Source: a virus
Taxonomy: Duplodnaviria > Caudoviricetes
Direction: 5' to 3' (one strand)
DNA length: 64,000 nt
IMG/VR virus record: IMGVR_UViG_3300044988_001028
Coordinates: 4,039-68,038 of that record
Within the stretch, counting starts at the first letter, position 1. Every line of letters starts with the position of its first letter. The notes beneath the pieces are model-generated. The model worked only from the letters and a program-made list of their open reading frames with translations. It was not told the origin of the DNA and ran no database searches. Made by a program: the position numbers and the translations under genes. Below, piece after piece: positions 47,482 through 56,099 of this stretch.

Positions 47482-48678
47482 ATGTGTCCACGCAGAATTG
47501 AAGAAGATCATAAAGACTTTATAGATGTTGTCTCAGGCAAACTTCGTAAAGCACTTAAAAAGTTTATCAAATCTGGACAGATAGTAAAATCTCGTGGCAA
47601 ACGAGGTAAAATTTCTATCACAATTCCAAAAATTGATATTCCTCAAATTCTTTATGGTGATAACGGCAATGGCATCGGCAGAGGTAAAGGCAAGGATGGC
47701 GATGTTATTGATAAGGGCAAAAAAGGAAAAGGCAATGGAGCAACTCAGGATGAAGGTGAAGGAATCACCGTAAGTCTTGATTTGGAAACTGTATTGAAGT
47801 TCATGCAAGATGAACTGGAATTGCCAAATTTAAAGCCAAAAGTAAATGATACATTCGATGAAGTAAAAATCAAATATAATAATATATCTTTGGTTGGTCC
47901 CGAATCTTTGCGTCATAATAGAAGAACTTTTATCGAAGCTTTAAAAAGGCAATGTGCAGATGGAACTGCTAATAATTTTGAAATAGTTCCGGGTCTTAGC
48001 ATGCCTATGAAGACAATCAAGCCAATTAAGCGTGACAAGCGTTATAGGCAATACAAAGAAGTTAAAGTTCCTTCTAGCAATGCTTTGATCATTTATGCCC
48101 GTGATGGATCTGGATCGATGGATCAAGCTAAATGTGAGATCGTATCAGATATGGCTTGGTGGATTGATGTTTGGATTAGACAATTTTATAAAAGAGTTGA
48201 TCGACTTTTTGTGTGGCACGATTCTCTTGCCATGGAAGTAGATGAAGAAAAGTTTTATAACTACCGATATGGCGGAGGAACAACTTGTTCTTCTGCTTTG
48301 AAATTTATTCAAAAGCAATTTGAGAATAGATACCCTCCGCAAAAGTGGAACATTTATGTTTTTTACTTTACGGATGGAGATAATTGGGGCGATGATAATC
48401 AAGTATTTATCAACACATTAAAAGAATCATTTCCAGAAAAGGATATTAATTTAGTCGGGATCACACAAATTTTGCCTTATAACTATACCAATAGTGTTAA
48501 GTATCATGTCGATAAGGCATTGGAAACTGGAGAGCTTGATAAAAATAATATTCGTACCACCGAAATTAACTTTGGAAATGGAAATCCTAATGATTCGAAT
48601 ATGCGTGATGATGAAATTAGAAATAATCAAATTTTAGATGCAATTAAAAGTTTGATGGGTAATCAAAAATCAAAGTAA
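47482..48678 (+). CDS. yeaH: YeaH/YhbH (DUF444) vWA-domain protein
   Basis: LELPNLKPK, MIDAS DGSGSM, GGGTTCSSA, YFTDGDNW. Confidence 0.9.
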   Translation: MCPRRIEEDHKDFIDVVSGKLRKALKKFIKSGQIVKSRGKRGKISITIPKIDIPQILYGDNGNGIGRGKGKDGDVIDKGKKGKGNGATQDEGEGITVSLDLETVLKFMQDELELPNLKPKVNDTFDEVKIKYNNISLVGPESLRHNRRTFIEALKRQCADGTANNFEIVPGLSMPMKTIKPIKRDKRYRQYKEVKVPSSNALIIYARDGSGSMDQAKCEIVSDMAWWIDVWIRQFYKRVDRLFVWHDSLAMEVDEEKFYNYRYGGGTTCSSALKFIQKQFENRYPPQKWNIYVFYFTDGDNWGDDNQVFINTLKESFPEKDINLVGITQILPYNYTNSVKYHVDKALETGELDKNNIRTTEINFGNGNPNDSNMRDDEIRNNQILDAIKSLMGNQKSK

Positions 48679-48696
48679 AATTTAAGGATTTATAAG

Positions 48697-51600
48697 ATGT
48701 CTAATAAGTTCATGCATGGTTCTTCGCTTCTTATTGGCGACAACACAATTCCCGGAGTTCAGCTTCCAAAACAATTAAAAGAATATGCTCAAATAATTTT
48801 AAATGTTTGTAAAGATTGGGGTTTGGACTTTTATCCAACCGTAGTGCAACTTCTTACCTACGATGAAATCTCTGAAGTAGCAGCGTATGGTGGTTTTCCA
48901 GTACGATATCCACATTGGTCATTTGGCATGCAATATGAAGAATTGCAGCGTGGATATGAAAATCAAATGCACAAAATATATGAGATGGTTATCAATTGCT
49001 GTGAACTTGACGCTCCGGTTTTGACTAAGCGTGGTACAATTCTAGCTGGAGATGTGAAGGTAGGAGATCAAGTTATTGTTGGTAGTGAAACTAGGAATGT
49101 TGTCGCCATAAAAAAACAAAATTCTTCTCAAACCAAGAAAATTTTTCTTAAAGGTGGTCAGACATTAGTTTGTACGCCAAATCACAAGTGGCGTATACTT
49201 TCCGATAAAGGTTTGATCTGGAAAAAGACATCTGAAATTATTTCTGGTGACATTTTTGTAGGAACTGATTCTTATGAAAATAATTGGGATGCACCAAGTA
49301 TTGACTGGTCATCAAAACAAGTCATTGAATCAACAAGACCAAACATTAGACATTGTGTCAAAGAAATTTATCCGCCAAATCAGATTACTATGGAATTGGC
49401 AGAACTTCTTGGAATTTTGGTTGGAGATGGATCAGTAGGAGTAAAGTCGGCTGAAAATATGTTGACTGTTGCTGTTGGTAAAAAACATAGGTCATACGCA
49501 GAACATGTTGTATTTTTGTTTGAAAAGGTATTTGGAATCGGAGCAGATATTTACGAAAAGCCAAATTGTTTCAATGTAACATTATGCTCAAAAAACGCAG
49601 TTGATTTTGTTAATTCGATTGGTTTAAAGAAAGGCAACACATTTAAAGAAAAAGTAATTCCAGATATTATTTGGAAGTCTCCTCCTGCCTATAGATGTGC
49701 TTTTATTCGTGGTTTGTTCGATACTGATGGCTATGTGGTTAACCATGTTGGTTTTAGTTGCTACAATAAAAAATTGGCAGATGATGTTCAGATTATGCTT
49801 TCAGAAATGGGAATTCTTTCTAATTTAAAAACATTAAAAAATGGCAAGGGTAAAAAAGGTGATCAAAAATATATTAATGTTGTTAAAATTAAGGGAATTT
49901 GGGCTGAAAATAAATTTTACAATAGAATAGGTTTTGTGCTTAACTATAAGCAAGAATTACTTAAAAAATTACTTGATAGAAAATTTTGTCGTAATGGAGG
50001 TATGGAGTTGCCATATATTCAACAACAATTGATTATGTGGGCAAAAAATCTAAACATTACAACATATAACAACCATAGTCTTGGCTATTCAATTAAAATG
50101 TTCGAGAAACAAAAAGTTGGGATTAATTCTTTTTCTTCATTTGTACAAAGAGCAGAAAATCAAGGATTAAGTGTTCCAAATGAAATTAAAGATATTATTT
50201 CAAATCCTTTATTTGTTGTTGAGCATGTTGTTGATGGAGATGAGATCGAAACTGTTGATATTGCATTGGATCATGATGCTCATGATTTTATTGCATATGG
50301 ATTGATTACTCATAACACATCGCCATGTTACATCTATTGCTTAGATAGCAACACATTATTGGATCATCTGACTGTTATCGCTCACGCCACTGGTCATAAT
50401 GATTTCTTTAAAAATAATATTCACTTTTCTGCTACTGATACAAACATGTTGAACAACATGGCAAATCATAGTAGCCGTATTAAAAAATATATGGCTAGAT
50501 GGGGCAAGGAAAAGGTTACTGAATTTCTTGATTATTTACTTCGCATTGATACTTTGGTTGATGGAGCATCGGCTTGGCATCAAAAAGTTATCAAAGATAG
50601 AAATATTATTGATAAAAGAAATTATAGATTTCCAAAAAGACTTAAAGTTGATAGTGATCGATTTTATATGGATAATTACATCAACACAAAAGAGTTCAAA
50701 GAAAGAGAAAATGAAAAGGTAAAAGATAAGGATCTTGCAGAAGAACTTGGATTTTTTATAGAACCAGTTAAAGATATATTTGGATTTTTGCGTGATAATG
50801 CTCCACTTAAGCCTTGGCAACAAGATATCATGTCTATGATCTATGAAGAATCAATTTATTTTTTCCCACAGAGACAAACCAAAGTATTAAACGAAGGATG
50901 GGCTTGCGGACGAAAAGATTCTCTTGTATCTACAAATATGGGCATTTTGACATTAGGTGAAATTGTCGATAAAAAGTTGCCTGTTATGGTTTATGATGGT
51001 GAAAAATCTAGAAATGTTACAAATTGGTTCACTTTTGAAAATCGTGATGTTTATAGGATTGAAACTAGAAGAGGATATGTTTTTGAGGGTTCAAATAATC
51101 ATAGAATTATGGGTAATAATGATTGGGTTCGTCTTGATAAAATGAATGTAGGTGAAAAAGTTAAAATATCATTTTCAAATATTTGGACGAAAAAATATCA
51201 AAAAATCGATTATAAATTGCCCAATAAAAGGATAGAATTGAAGCAAATTTGTAAAAAAGCATCAGTGACTATGTCTCAAGTCGTTTATAGAAAATATCAT
51301 TATAAAGGTGAAGAAAAAAATGACAATTTAGACAAATTGCTCAAGCAATATGATGATCAGTCTATGACATGCATGAGAAATAAAAGGAAATGTATATCTT
51401 TGCCTTTTTTTATGGATGAAGAATTTGCTTCATTTGTTGGATATATGATTGGAGATGGTCATATATCTAAAAGCAAGAGAACTCTTGGCTTAACAACTGG
51501 AGATAAAGATCAAGCCGATAATTATATTCGTCTTACAAAGAAATTATTTAGTATAGATTGTAAATCTAGTTGGGATGACACATCTAAAAATGGTCGATAT

Positions 51601-52803
51601 AGAATTTCTGTAACTTCAAAAGAACTTGAAGAACTACTTGTTTATTTGGGAATGAAAACTGGAGTCTGTGCTAGGATTAAGCAAATACCAGAAATTATTC
51701 TTAAATCGCCCAAGAGTGTTATCGCTTCTTTTGTAAGATCGTATTTTGATTGTGATGGTTATGCGGGGAATGCTGGTGTCATTCTTTCCACCGCAAGCGA
51801 AGTTCTTTCCAGACAAATACAAAATGTTTTGTTGAATTTTTGCATATTATCAACAAGACGCAAACAAAAAGATTCTTGTTGGCATGTACGCATAACCGGA
51901 CAGGAAGCGGTAAAGTATTATGAGCAAATAGGTTTTGGATTATCTAGAAAACAGCAAAAGTTAAAGAAGTATATTGACAATCATAAATGGTTTATTGATC
52001 AAAAACTTGAAGATGAAATTGTTTCTATCGAAAAAATTGGAAAAGATACAGTGTATGACATTACAGTAGAAACAAGTCATCGATATTCGGCTTGTGGATT
52101 TATGAATCATAATAGTATGACTGACCATGTTATCATGGCAGAACAGGGTTATGTCGGCTTGGGTCAAAAGACTCATGATTCTGGAATCATTGAATACGCT
52201 GCACACAAGATGGGTGTTCTTGGTGGAAAATATAGCACCAATCCTTATAAGCTAGGATATAATCTTTTGTCCGATATTCGCAATCGTTGGGATAAAGGTC
52301 AATTCGGCAATGAATGGGATGATTGCACAAATTCTAGCAAGAAAGAAAAATGGGATACCAAGGCAATGCTTGGTAAGGAAAAAATATTTGAAGTTAGAAA
52401 GTATTACGATGATCTAACTTTAATACATGAATTTTTTACCGAGGATTTCTGTCGAGAACAAGAATACTTTGAACATAAGCGTTATCCAAGCGGAGAGACG
52501 ATTCTTGAAAGTCATGATTACAATAAGATAAAAAAATTGTTGATGGCTCGCCATGTAAATGGAGGACTGCCAGATATTCGTTTAACAGAGCCTAATTATC
52601 GTGGTAAGGGCTATCTGATGCTTGAGCATACATTTGAAGGCAGACCGCTTCATGAGCCTTATGTTCGAGATGTATTGGTTGGTCTAAGATTCATTTGGGG
52701 AAATGATGTTTTTCTTTCCACTAAAGGTCATGATGGTACTGATGTCGTATTCGAATGTTTCGATAATGATCCTGCTAATGTAAGAATTCGAGAAAAGAAA
52801 TAA
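48697..52803 (+). CDS. spoVR: SpoVR/YcgB family protein containing two inteins
   Basis: GGFPVRYPHWSFG, IYEMVIN|TSPCY, VIAHATGHNDFFKNN, TKVLNEGWA|S, NPYKLG; about 525 aa after removing the inteins. Confidence 0.92.
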   Translation: MSNKFMHGSSLLIGDNTIPGVQLPKQLKEYAQIILNVCKDWGLDFYPTVVQLLTYDEISEVAAYGGFPVRYPHWSFGMQYEELQRGYENQMHKIYEMVINCCELDAPVLTKRGTILAGDVKVGDQVIVGSETRNVVAIKKQNSSQTKKIFLKGGQTLVCTPNHKWRILSDKGLIWKKTSEIISGDIFVGTDSYENNWDAPSIDWSSKQVIESTRPNIRHCVKEIYPPNQITMELAELLGILVGDGSVGVKSAENMLTVAVGKKHRSYAEHVVFLFEKVFGIGADIYEKPNCFNVTLCSKNAVDFVNSIGLKKGNTFKEKVIPDIIWKSPPAYRCAFIRGLFDTDGYVVNHVGFSCYNKKLADDVQIMLSEMGILSNLKTLKNGKGKKGDQKYINVVKIKGIWAENKFYNRIGFVLNYKQELLKKLLDRKFCRNGGMELPYIQQQLIMWAKNLNITTYNNHSLGYSIKMFEKQKVGINSFSSFVQRAENQGLSVPNEIKDIISNPLFVVEHVVDGDEIETVDIALDHDAHDFIAYGLITHNTSPCYIYCLDSNTLLDHLTVIAHATGHNDFFKNNIHFSATDTNMLNNMANHSSRIKKYMARWGKEKVTEFLDYLLRIDTLVDGASAWHQKVIKDRNIIDKRNYRFPKRLKVDSDRFYMDNYINTKEFKERENEKVKDKDLAEELGFFIEPVKDIFGFLRDNAPLKPWQQDIMSMIYEESIYFFPQRQTKVLNEGWACGRKDSLVSTNMGILTLGEIVDKKLPVMVYDGEKSRNVTNWFTFENRDVYRIETRRGYVFEGSNNHRIMGNNDWVRLDKMNVGEKVKISFSNIWTKKYQKIDYKLPNKRIELKQICKKASVTMSQVVYRKYHYKGEEKNDNLDKLLKQYDDQSMTCMRNKRKCISLPFFMDEEFASFVGYMIGDGHISKSKRTLGLTTGDKDQADNYIRLTKKLFSIDCKSSWDDTSKNGRYRISVTSKELEELLVYLGMKTGVCARIKQIPEIILKSPKSVIASFVRSYFDCDGYAGNAGVILSTASEVLSRQIQNVLLNFCILSTRRKQKDSCWHVRITGQEAVKYYEQIGFGLSRKQQKLKKYIDNHKWFIDQKLEDEIVSIEKIGKDTVYDITVETSHRYSACGFMNHNSMTDHVIMAEQGYVGLGQKTHDSGIIEYAAHKMGVLGGKYSTNPYKLGYNLLSDIRNRWDKGQFGNEWDDCTNSSKKEKWDTKAMLGKEKIFEVRKYYDDLTLIHEFFTEDFCREQEYFEHKRYPSGETILESHDYNKIKKLLMARHVNGGLPDIRLTEPNYRGKGYLMLEHTFEGRPLHEPYVRDVLVGLRFIWGNDVFLSTKGHDGTDVVFECFDNDPANVRIREKK
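48997..50316 (+). mobile_element. Intein 1 (440 aa) with LAGLIDADG homing endonuclease
   Basis: Begins CCELDAPV; block B CTPNHK; LLGILVGDG and FIRGLFDTDG; ends ITHN before Thr. Confidence 0.9.
50905..52113 (+). mobile_element. Intein 2 (403 aa) with LAGLIDADG homing endonuclease
   Basis: Begins CGRKDSLV; GSNNHR; FVGYMIGDG and FVRSYFDCDG; VYDITV...MNHN before Ser. Confidence 0.9.
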
Positions 52804-52814
52804 AGGAAAAAATT

Positions 52815-53036
52815 ATGGATTGGCTATTATCAGATGAATTTGTCACTTTTTCTCAGCGAGTTTCTGAAATTCACAATGAGAAAAAACAGATTAAACAACA
52901 ATTAAAAGAGTATTATGAAAAAACACAGGTAAAATTAAAAGAACTTGAAGCTCAAGCTCAAGCTTTATCTGATGAATTTGAAAAATGGAAAAAAATACAG
53001 TCTGAAGAACCTACAAAGGCATCAATTAAGAAATAA
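52815..53036 (+). CDS. Small coiled-coil protein
   Basis: 73 aa; AAGGA SD. Confidence 0.6.
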   Translation: MDWLLSDEFVTFSQRVSEIHNEKKQIKQQLKEYYEKTQVKLKELEAQAQALSDEFEKWKKIQSEEPTKASIKK

Positions 53037-53079
53037 CTTTTAATTCTGCAGAACCGTCTAAAAGATTGAAATAATTGTG

Positions 53080-53108
53080 AAGCCTCCAACTAAATATATT
53101 GGAGGTTT
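53080..53108 (+). promoter_or_regulatory. SD-sequestering hairpin with a late-promoter motif in its loop
   Basis: AAGCCTCCAA-ctaaatata-TTGGAGGTTT, ATG at 53110. Confidence 0.7.
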
Positions 53109-53109
53109 T

Positions 53110-53898
53110 ATGAAATATTCAAGTCAAAGACTTACCTATCAATTCGTTCAAAGTTTCTTCTTAAAAAATGGTTGCAAATTATTAGAAGATACTTATATCA
53201 ATGCTCGCACACCAATGAGGTATCGTTGTTCTTGTGGAAACGAATCTAAAATTGTTTTTTATAGTTTCAAATCTGGCAATAGATGTAAAAATTGCGGTTC
53301 TCGCAAAATAAGCGAACGATTCTCTTATTCTCATGAAAAAATAAAATCTGAATTCGCAGCCGTTGGTTGTACGCTTTTGGATCAATACGAAAAGTCTTCC
53401 AAGAATATGCGATATATTTGTTCTTGTGGCAAAGAAGCAAAGATCTCTTGGAATAATTTCAGAACAGGTAAAAGATGTTGGGATTGCGGAATTGCCAAAC
53501 GATCTGGAGAAAATCATTATGAATGGGTTGATGATCGAGAGAAATTTAAAATGGACTTGATATTTCGACAGAGATCGTATAAATTATTGAGTATGAGTTT
53601 GGCGGTTACTGGCAGAGTAAAAAAGTCTAAAACTTCAGCTTTACTTGGCTATGATTATAAAGAATTGCAAAATCATATAATCAATCATGAGAATTATGAA
53701 AAGGTAAAAAATGGAAAGTGGCATATTGACCATATTTTCCCAATCAAGGCGTTTTCAGATCATAAGATTTGGGATTTGTCTTTGATCAATTGTTTGGAAA
53801 ATTTACGACCAATTTCAGCTTCTGAGAATTGTCGTAAAAATGCAAAGTACGATAAGCAAGAATTTTTAATTTGGCTTCAAACTAAACAAAGAGATTGA
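53110..53898 (+). CDS. Free-standing HNH homing endonuclease with repeated Zn-binding N-terminal modules
   Basis: Two C.CG...C..C repeats; WHIDHIFP...NLRPISASENCRKN. Confidence 0.8.
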   Translation: MKYSSQRLTYQFVQSFFLKNGCKLLEDTYINARTPMRYRCSCGNESKIVFYSFKSGNRCKNCGSRKISERFSYSHEKIKSEFAAVGCTLLDQYEKSSKNMRYICSCGKEAKISWNNFRTGKRCWDCGIAKRSGENHYEWVDDREKFKMDLIFRQRSYKLLSMSLAVTGRVKKSKTSALLGYDYKELQNHIINHENYEKVKNGKWHIDHIFPIKAFSDHKIWDLSLINCLENLRPISASENCRKNAKYDKQEFLIWLQTKQRD

Positions 53899-53925
53899 AC
53901 AATGACATTTACGAAAGGAGTAACA

Positions 53926-55288
53926 ATGAAGGTGGAGATTGTTGGTTTTGAACATCTCCACCTTCATTAGTTACTCCGACTTTTCCGTCCTCGATGGGCT
54001 TGGAACATGCGAAGAATATTCGGTTCGTGCTACAGAAATAAATCAAAATTTTCTTACAATTAGTGATCATGGCATGTTGGGAGCAGTTCCCAGACAAATC
54101 AAAGCATGCGAAAAGATATGTGATAAATATGGGAAAAATAAACTTTCTCCCATATTCGCTGCGGAACTTTATGTAAATAGATTGCAACCACAATCCTCTT
54201 CTTTGTCGGACATGCAAAAATTTTCTGAATCTCTCTCTCCAAGTGAATTATTGGAACTGAGAGCAAGTCCACACTTATTAGCCATAGCATATAATGAAAC
54301 TGGATATAAAAATCTTGTTCGTTTGACATCTTGGGGTTGGACGAAAGGATTTTATAGAAAGCCAAGAGTAAATTACGAACAACTTGAGAAGCATAAAGAA
54401 GGCTTATTTTTTACAAGTTGTTGCTATAACAGCGAAGTTGGCAGAGCATTTGATGCTGGCGGAGAAGAAGCTGGATTTCAAATGATAGAACGATACATTC
54501 AGATGTTTGGTAAAGAAAATTATCTGCTTGAAATTATGCTTTTAGATTTTGTTAAACAAAAACCTTATGACGCTTTTATTGTTAAAGCAAAGCAAAAATT
54601 TGGATTGAAGATTATTCTTACGCAAGATTGTCATTATTGCCGTAAAGAAGATAGTCACTTGCAAAGACTTATGTTGATGGTTCAGACCAACAGAACATTA
54701 AAAGAAATTCAAAGGGCAATGAAAGAAGATTCAATGCAGGATTTCTTCGAATTGCAGGATGCTAATCTATGGATGAAATCTGAGGAAGAACTTAATGAAA
54801 AGTGGCTGAGTGATTATAAAGATATTATTCCTTATGAAATTTTTTGCGAAGCTAAAAAGAATACAGTAGAGATTTGTCGTAAAGCAAAAGGTGTCGAATT
54901 AGATAGAAGTCTGAAACTACCTATATTTCCAGATTGTGACCAAAGGCTTAAGGATGAAGTCTTGAGAGGATTTAAACATCGTAATTTGCCAATGACTACA
55001 GAATATAAAAATAGAATAATTGAAGAGTTGAGCCTTATAACTCGCAAAGGTTTTAGTACATATTTTCTTATTCAAAAGATGATGACTGACGAAGCAAGAA
55101 AATGGTGTAGAGAAAATATCGGTGGTGATGGAACTCAAGCTGTAGGACCCGGAAGAGGAAGTGCTTGTGGATCTTTGGTTTGTTATTGCCTTGGAATCAC
55201 TGATGTCGATCCAGTATATGAAGGTCTTTTGTTTAGTCGATTCATGTCTGAGGCTAGAGGCGGTAGATCTATTTGTTTTGATTTGTAA
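53926..55288 (+). CDS. dnaE: DNA polymerase III alpha N-terminal part (PHP domain to first palm segment); interrupted at the 5' end, truncated at the 3' end
   Basis: MKVEIVGFEHLHLH then TAG; the next frame gives SDFSVLDG, ISDHG, AAELY, HLLAIAYNETGYKNL, GFYRKPR, TQDCHY, GPGRGSACGSLVCYCLGIT.VDP...LLFSRF and stops before PDID. Confidence 0.85.
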
Positions 55289-55340
55289 AAAAATATTTTT
55301 AAAAATCAAAAAAATAAAACAATAAAACTATATTAATTTT

Positions 55341-55760
55341 ATGGAAACTACAATCACTGTAGATCTCGGCACGATGCCAGATCTCATCTATATGATCATC
55401 AAGGATGAAACCTTATTCGCTGAACTAAAGGCGGAATTTCCAGATATTCTTGCCGACCTAACAACATTAAAAACCAACCCAAACTGCTCATGCAGAGGAA
55501 AGGTTGGCAAGTTTTTTTCCGACAAAGTAGCTGCTGATCCGAACATTTTGGAAAAGTACTACAAGGATAAAGCTGCGATAGTTAAAGAACTTGAAGCCAT
55601 TAAGCTAAAAAGAGTAAATAACGCAATTAATGGTAAGGTTTTCAAGGTGCAGCTTGGTGATGAAGCTTGGGCTAATTTCAACAAGACTATTACCGGAAAA
55701 ACTTTTAGAAGCTTCTCGGTTGTTCGAGAGTTCGATTATATGTGGGTTTATTTCCTATGA
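55341..55760 (+). CDS. Hypothetical protein
   Basis: 139 aa with NPNCSCR motif. Confidence 0.6.
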   Translation: METTITVDLGTMPDLIYMIIKDETLFAELKAEFPDILADLTTLKTNPNCSCRGKVGKFFSDKVAADPNILEKYYKDKAAIVKELEAIKLKRVNNAINGKVFKVQLGDEAWANFNKTITGKTFRSFSVVREFDYMWVYFL

Positions 55761-56044
55761 TATTTTTAATTTATCTAGTTGCATGTCTCGGTGTCGCATA
55801 CGCTTGGTCCGACACCGATGTTGCACGACCATTTAGAAACTTGGTAGCTAAGATACCATATGTTAATGTTCCAATGCTTTGCCATGAATGCAGCAGTTTT
55901 TGGTTTTCTTTAGGAATCTCATTTTTGCTCAATCCGGTAGGTGAACTATATGTTCCATTTGCTGGAAATCTGATTTCTGCCTTTTGTGGGTTTTTTGCAA
56001 ATCTTTTATTCGTTCGTAACCGATGGGTATCCTACAAAGAATAG
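55757..56044 (+). CDS. Small membrane protein (DUF1360-like CxxC)
   Basis: Hydrophobic helices, RPFR, LCHECSSFW. Confidence 0.55.
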   Translation: MIFLIYLVACLGVAYAWSDTDVARPFRNLVAKIPYVNVPMLCHECSSFWFSLGISFLLNPVGELYVPFAGNLISAFCGFFANLLFVRNRWVSYKE

Positions 56045-56063
56045 AAAAAATTCTAAATTAAAG

Positions 56064-56099
56064 AAAAAAAACAGGCTTGAAAATCAAGCCTGTTTTTTT
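56064..56099. terminator. Bidirectional intrinsic terminator
   Basis: AAAAAAACAGGCTTGA-aaa-TCAAGCCTGTTTTTTT between convergent genes. Confidence 0.85.

Noticed and set aside
53968-53970. Genome-wide TAG reassignment (alternative code) as the explanation for the dnaE stop
   Set aside because: Read-through stays out of frame with the DnaE body, and other genes end normally at TAG with high coding density in the standard code.
55270-55288. CFDL as a split-intein N-fragment on DnaE
   Set aside because: Only four residues, with no intein block A or B.
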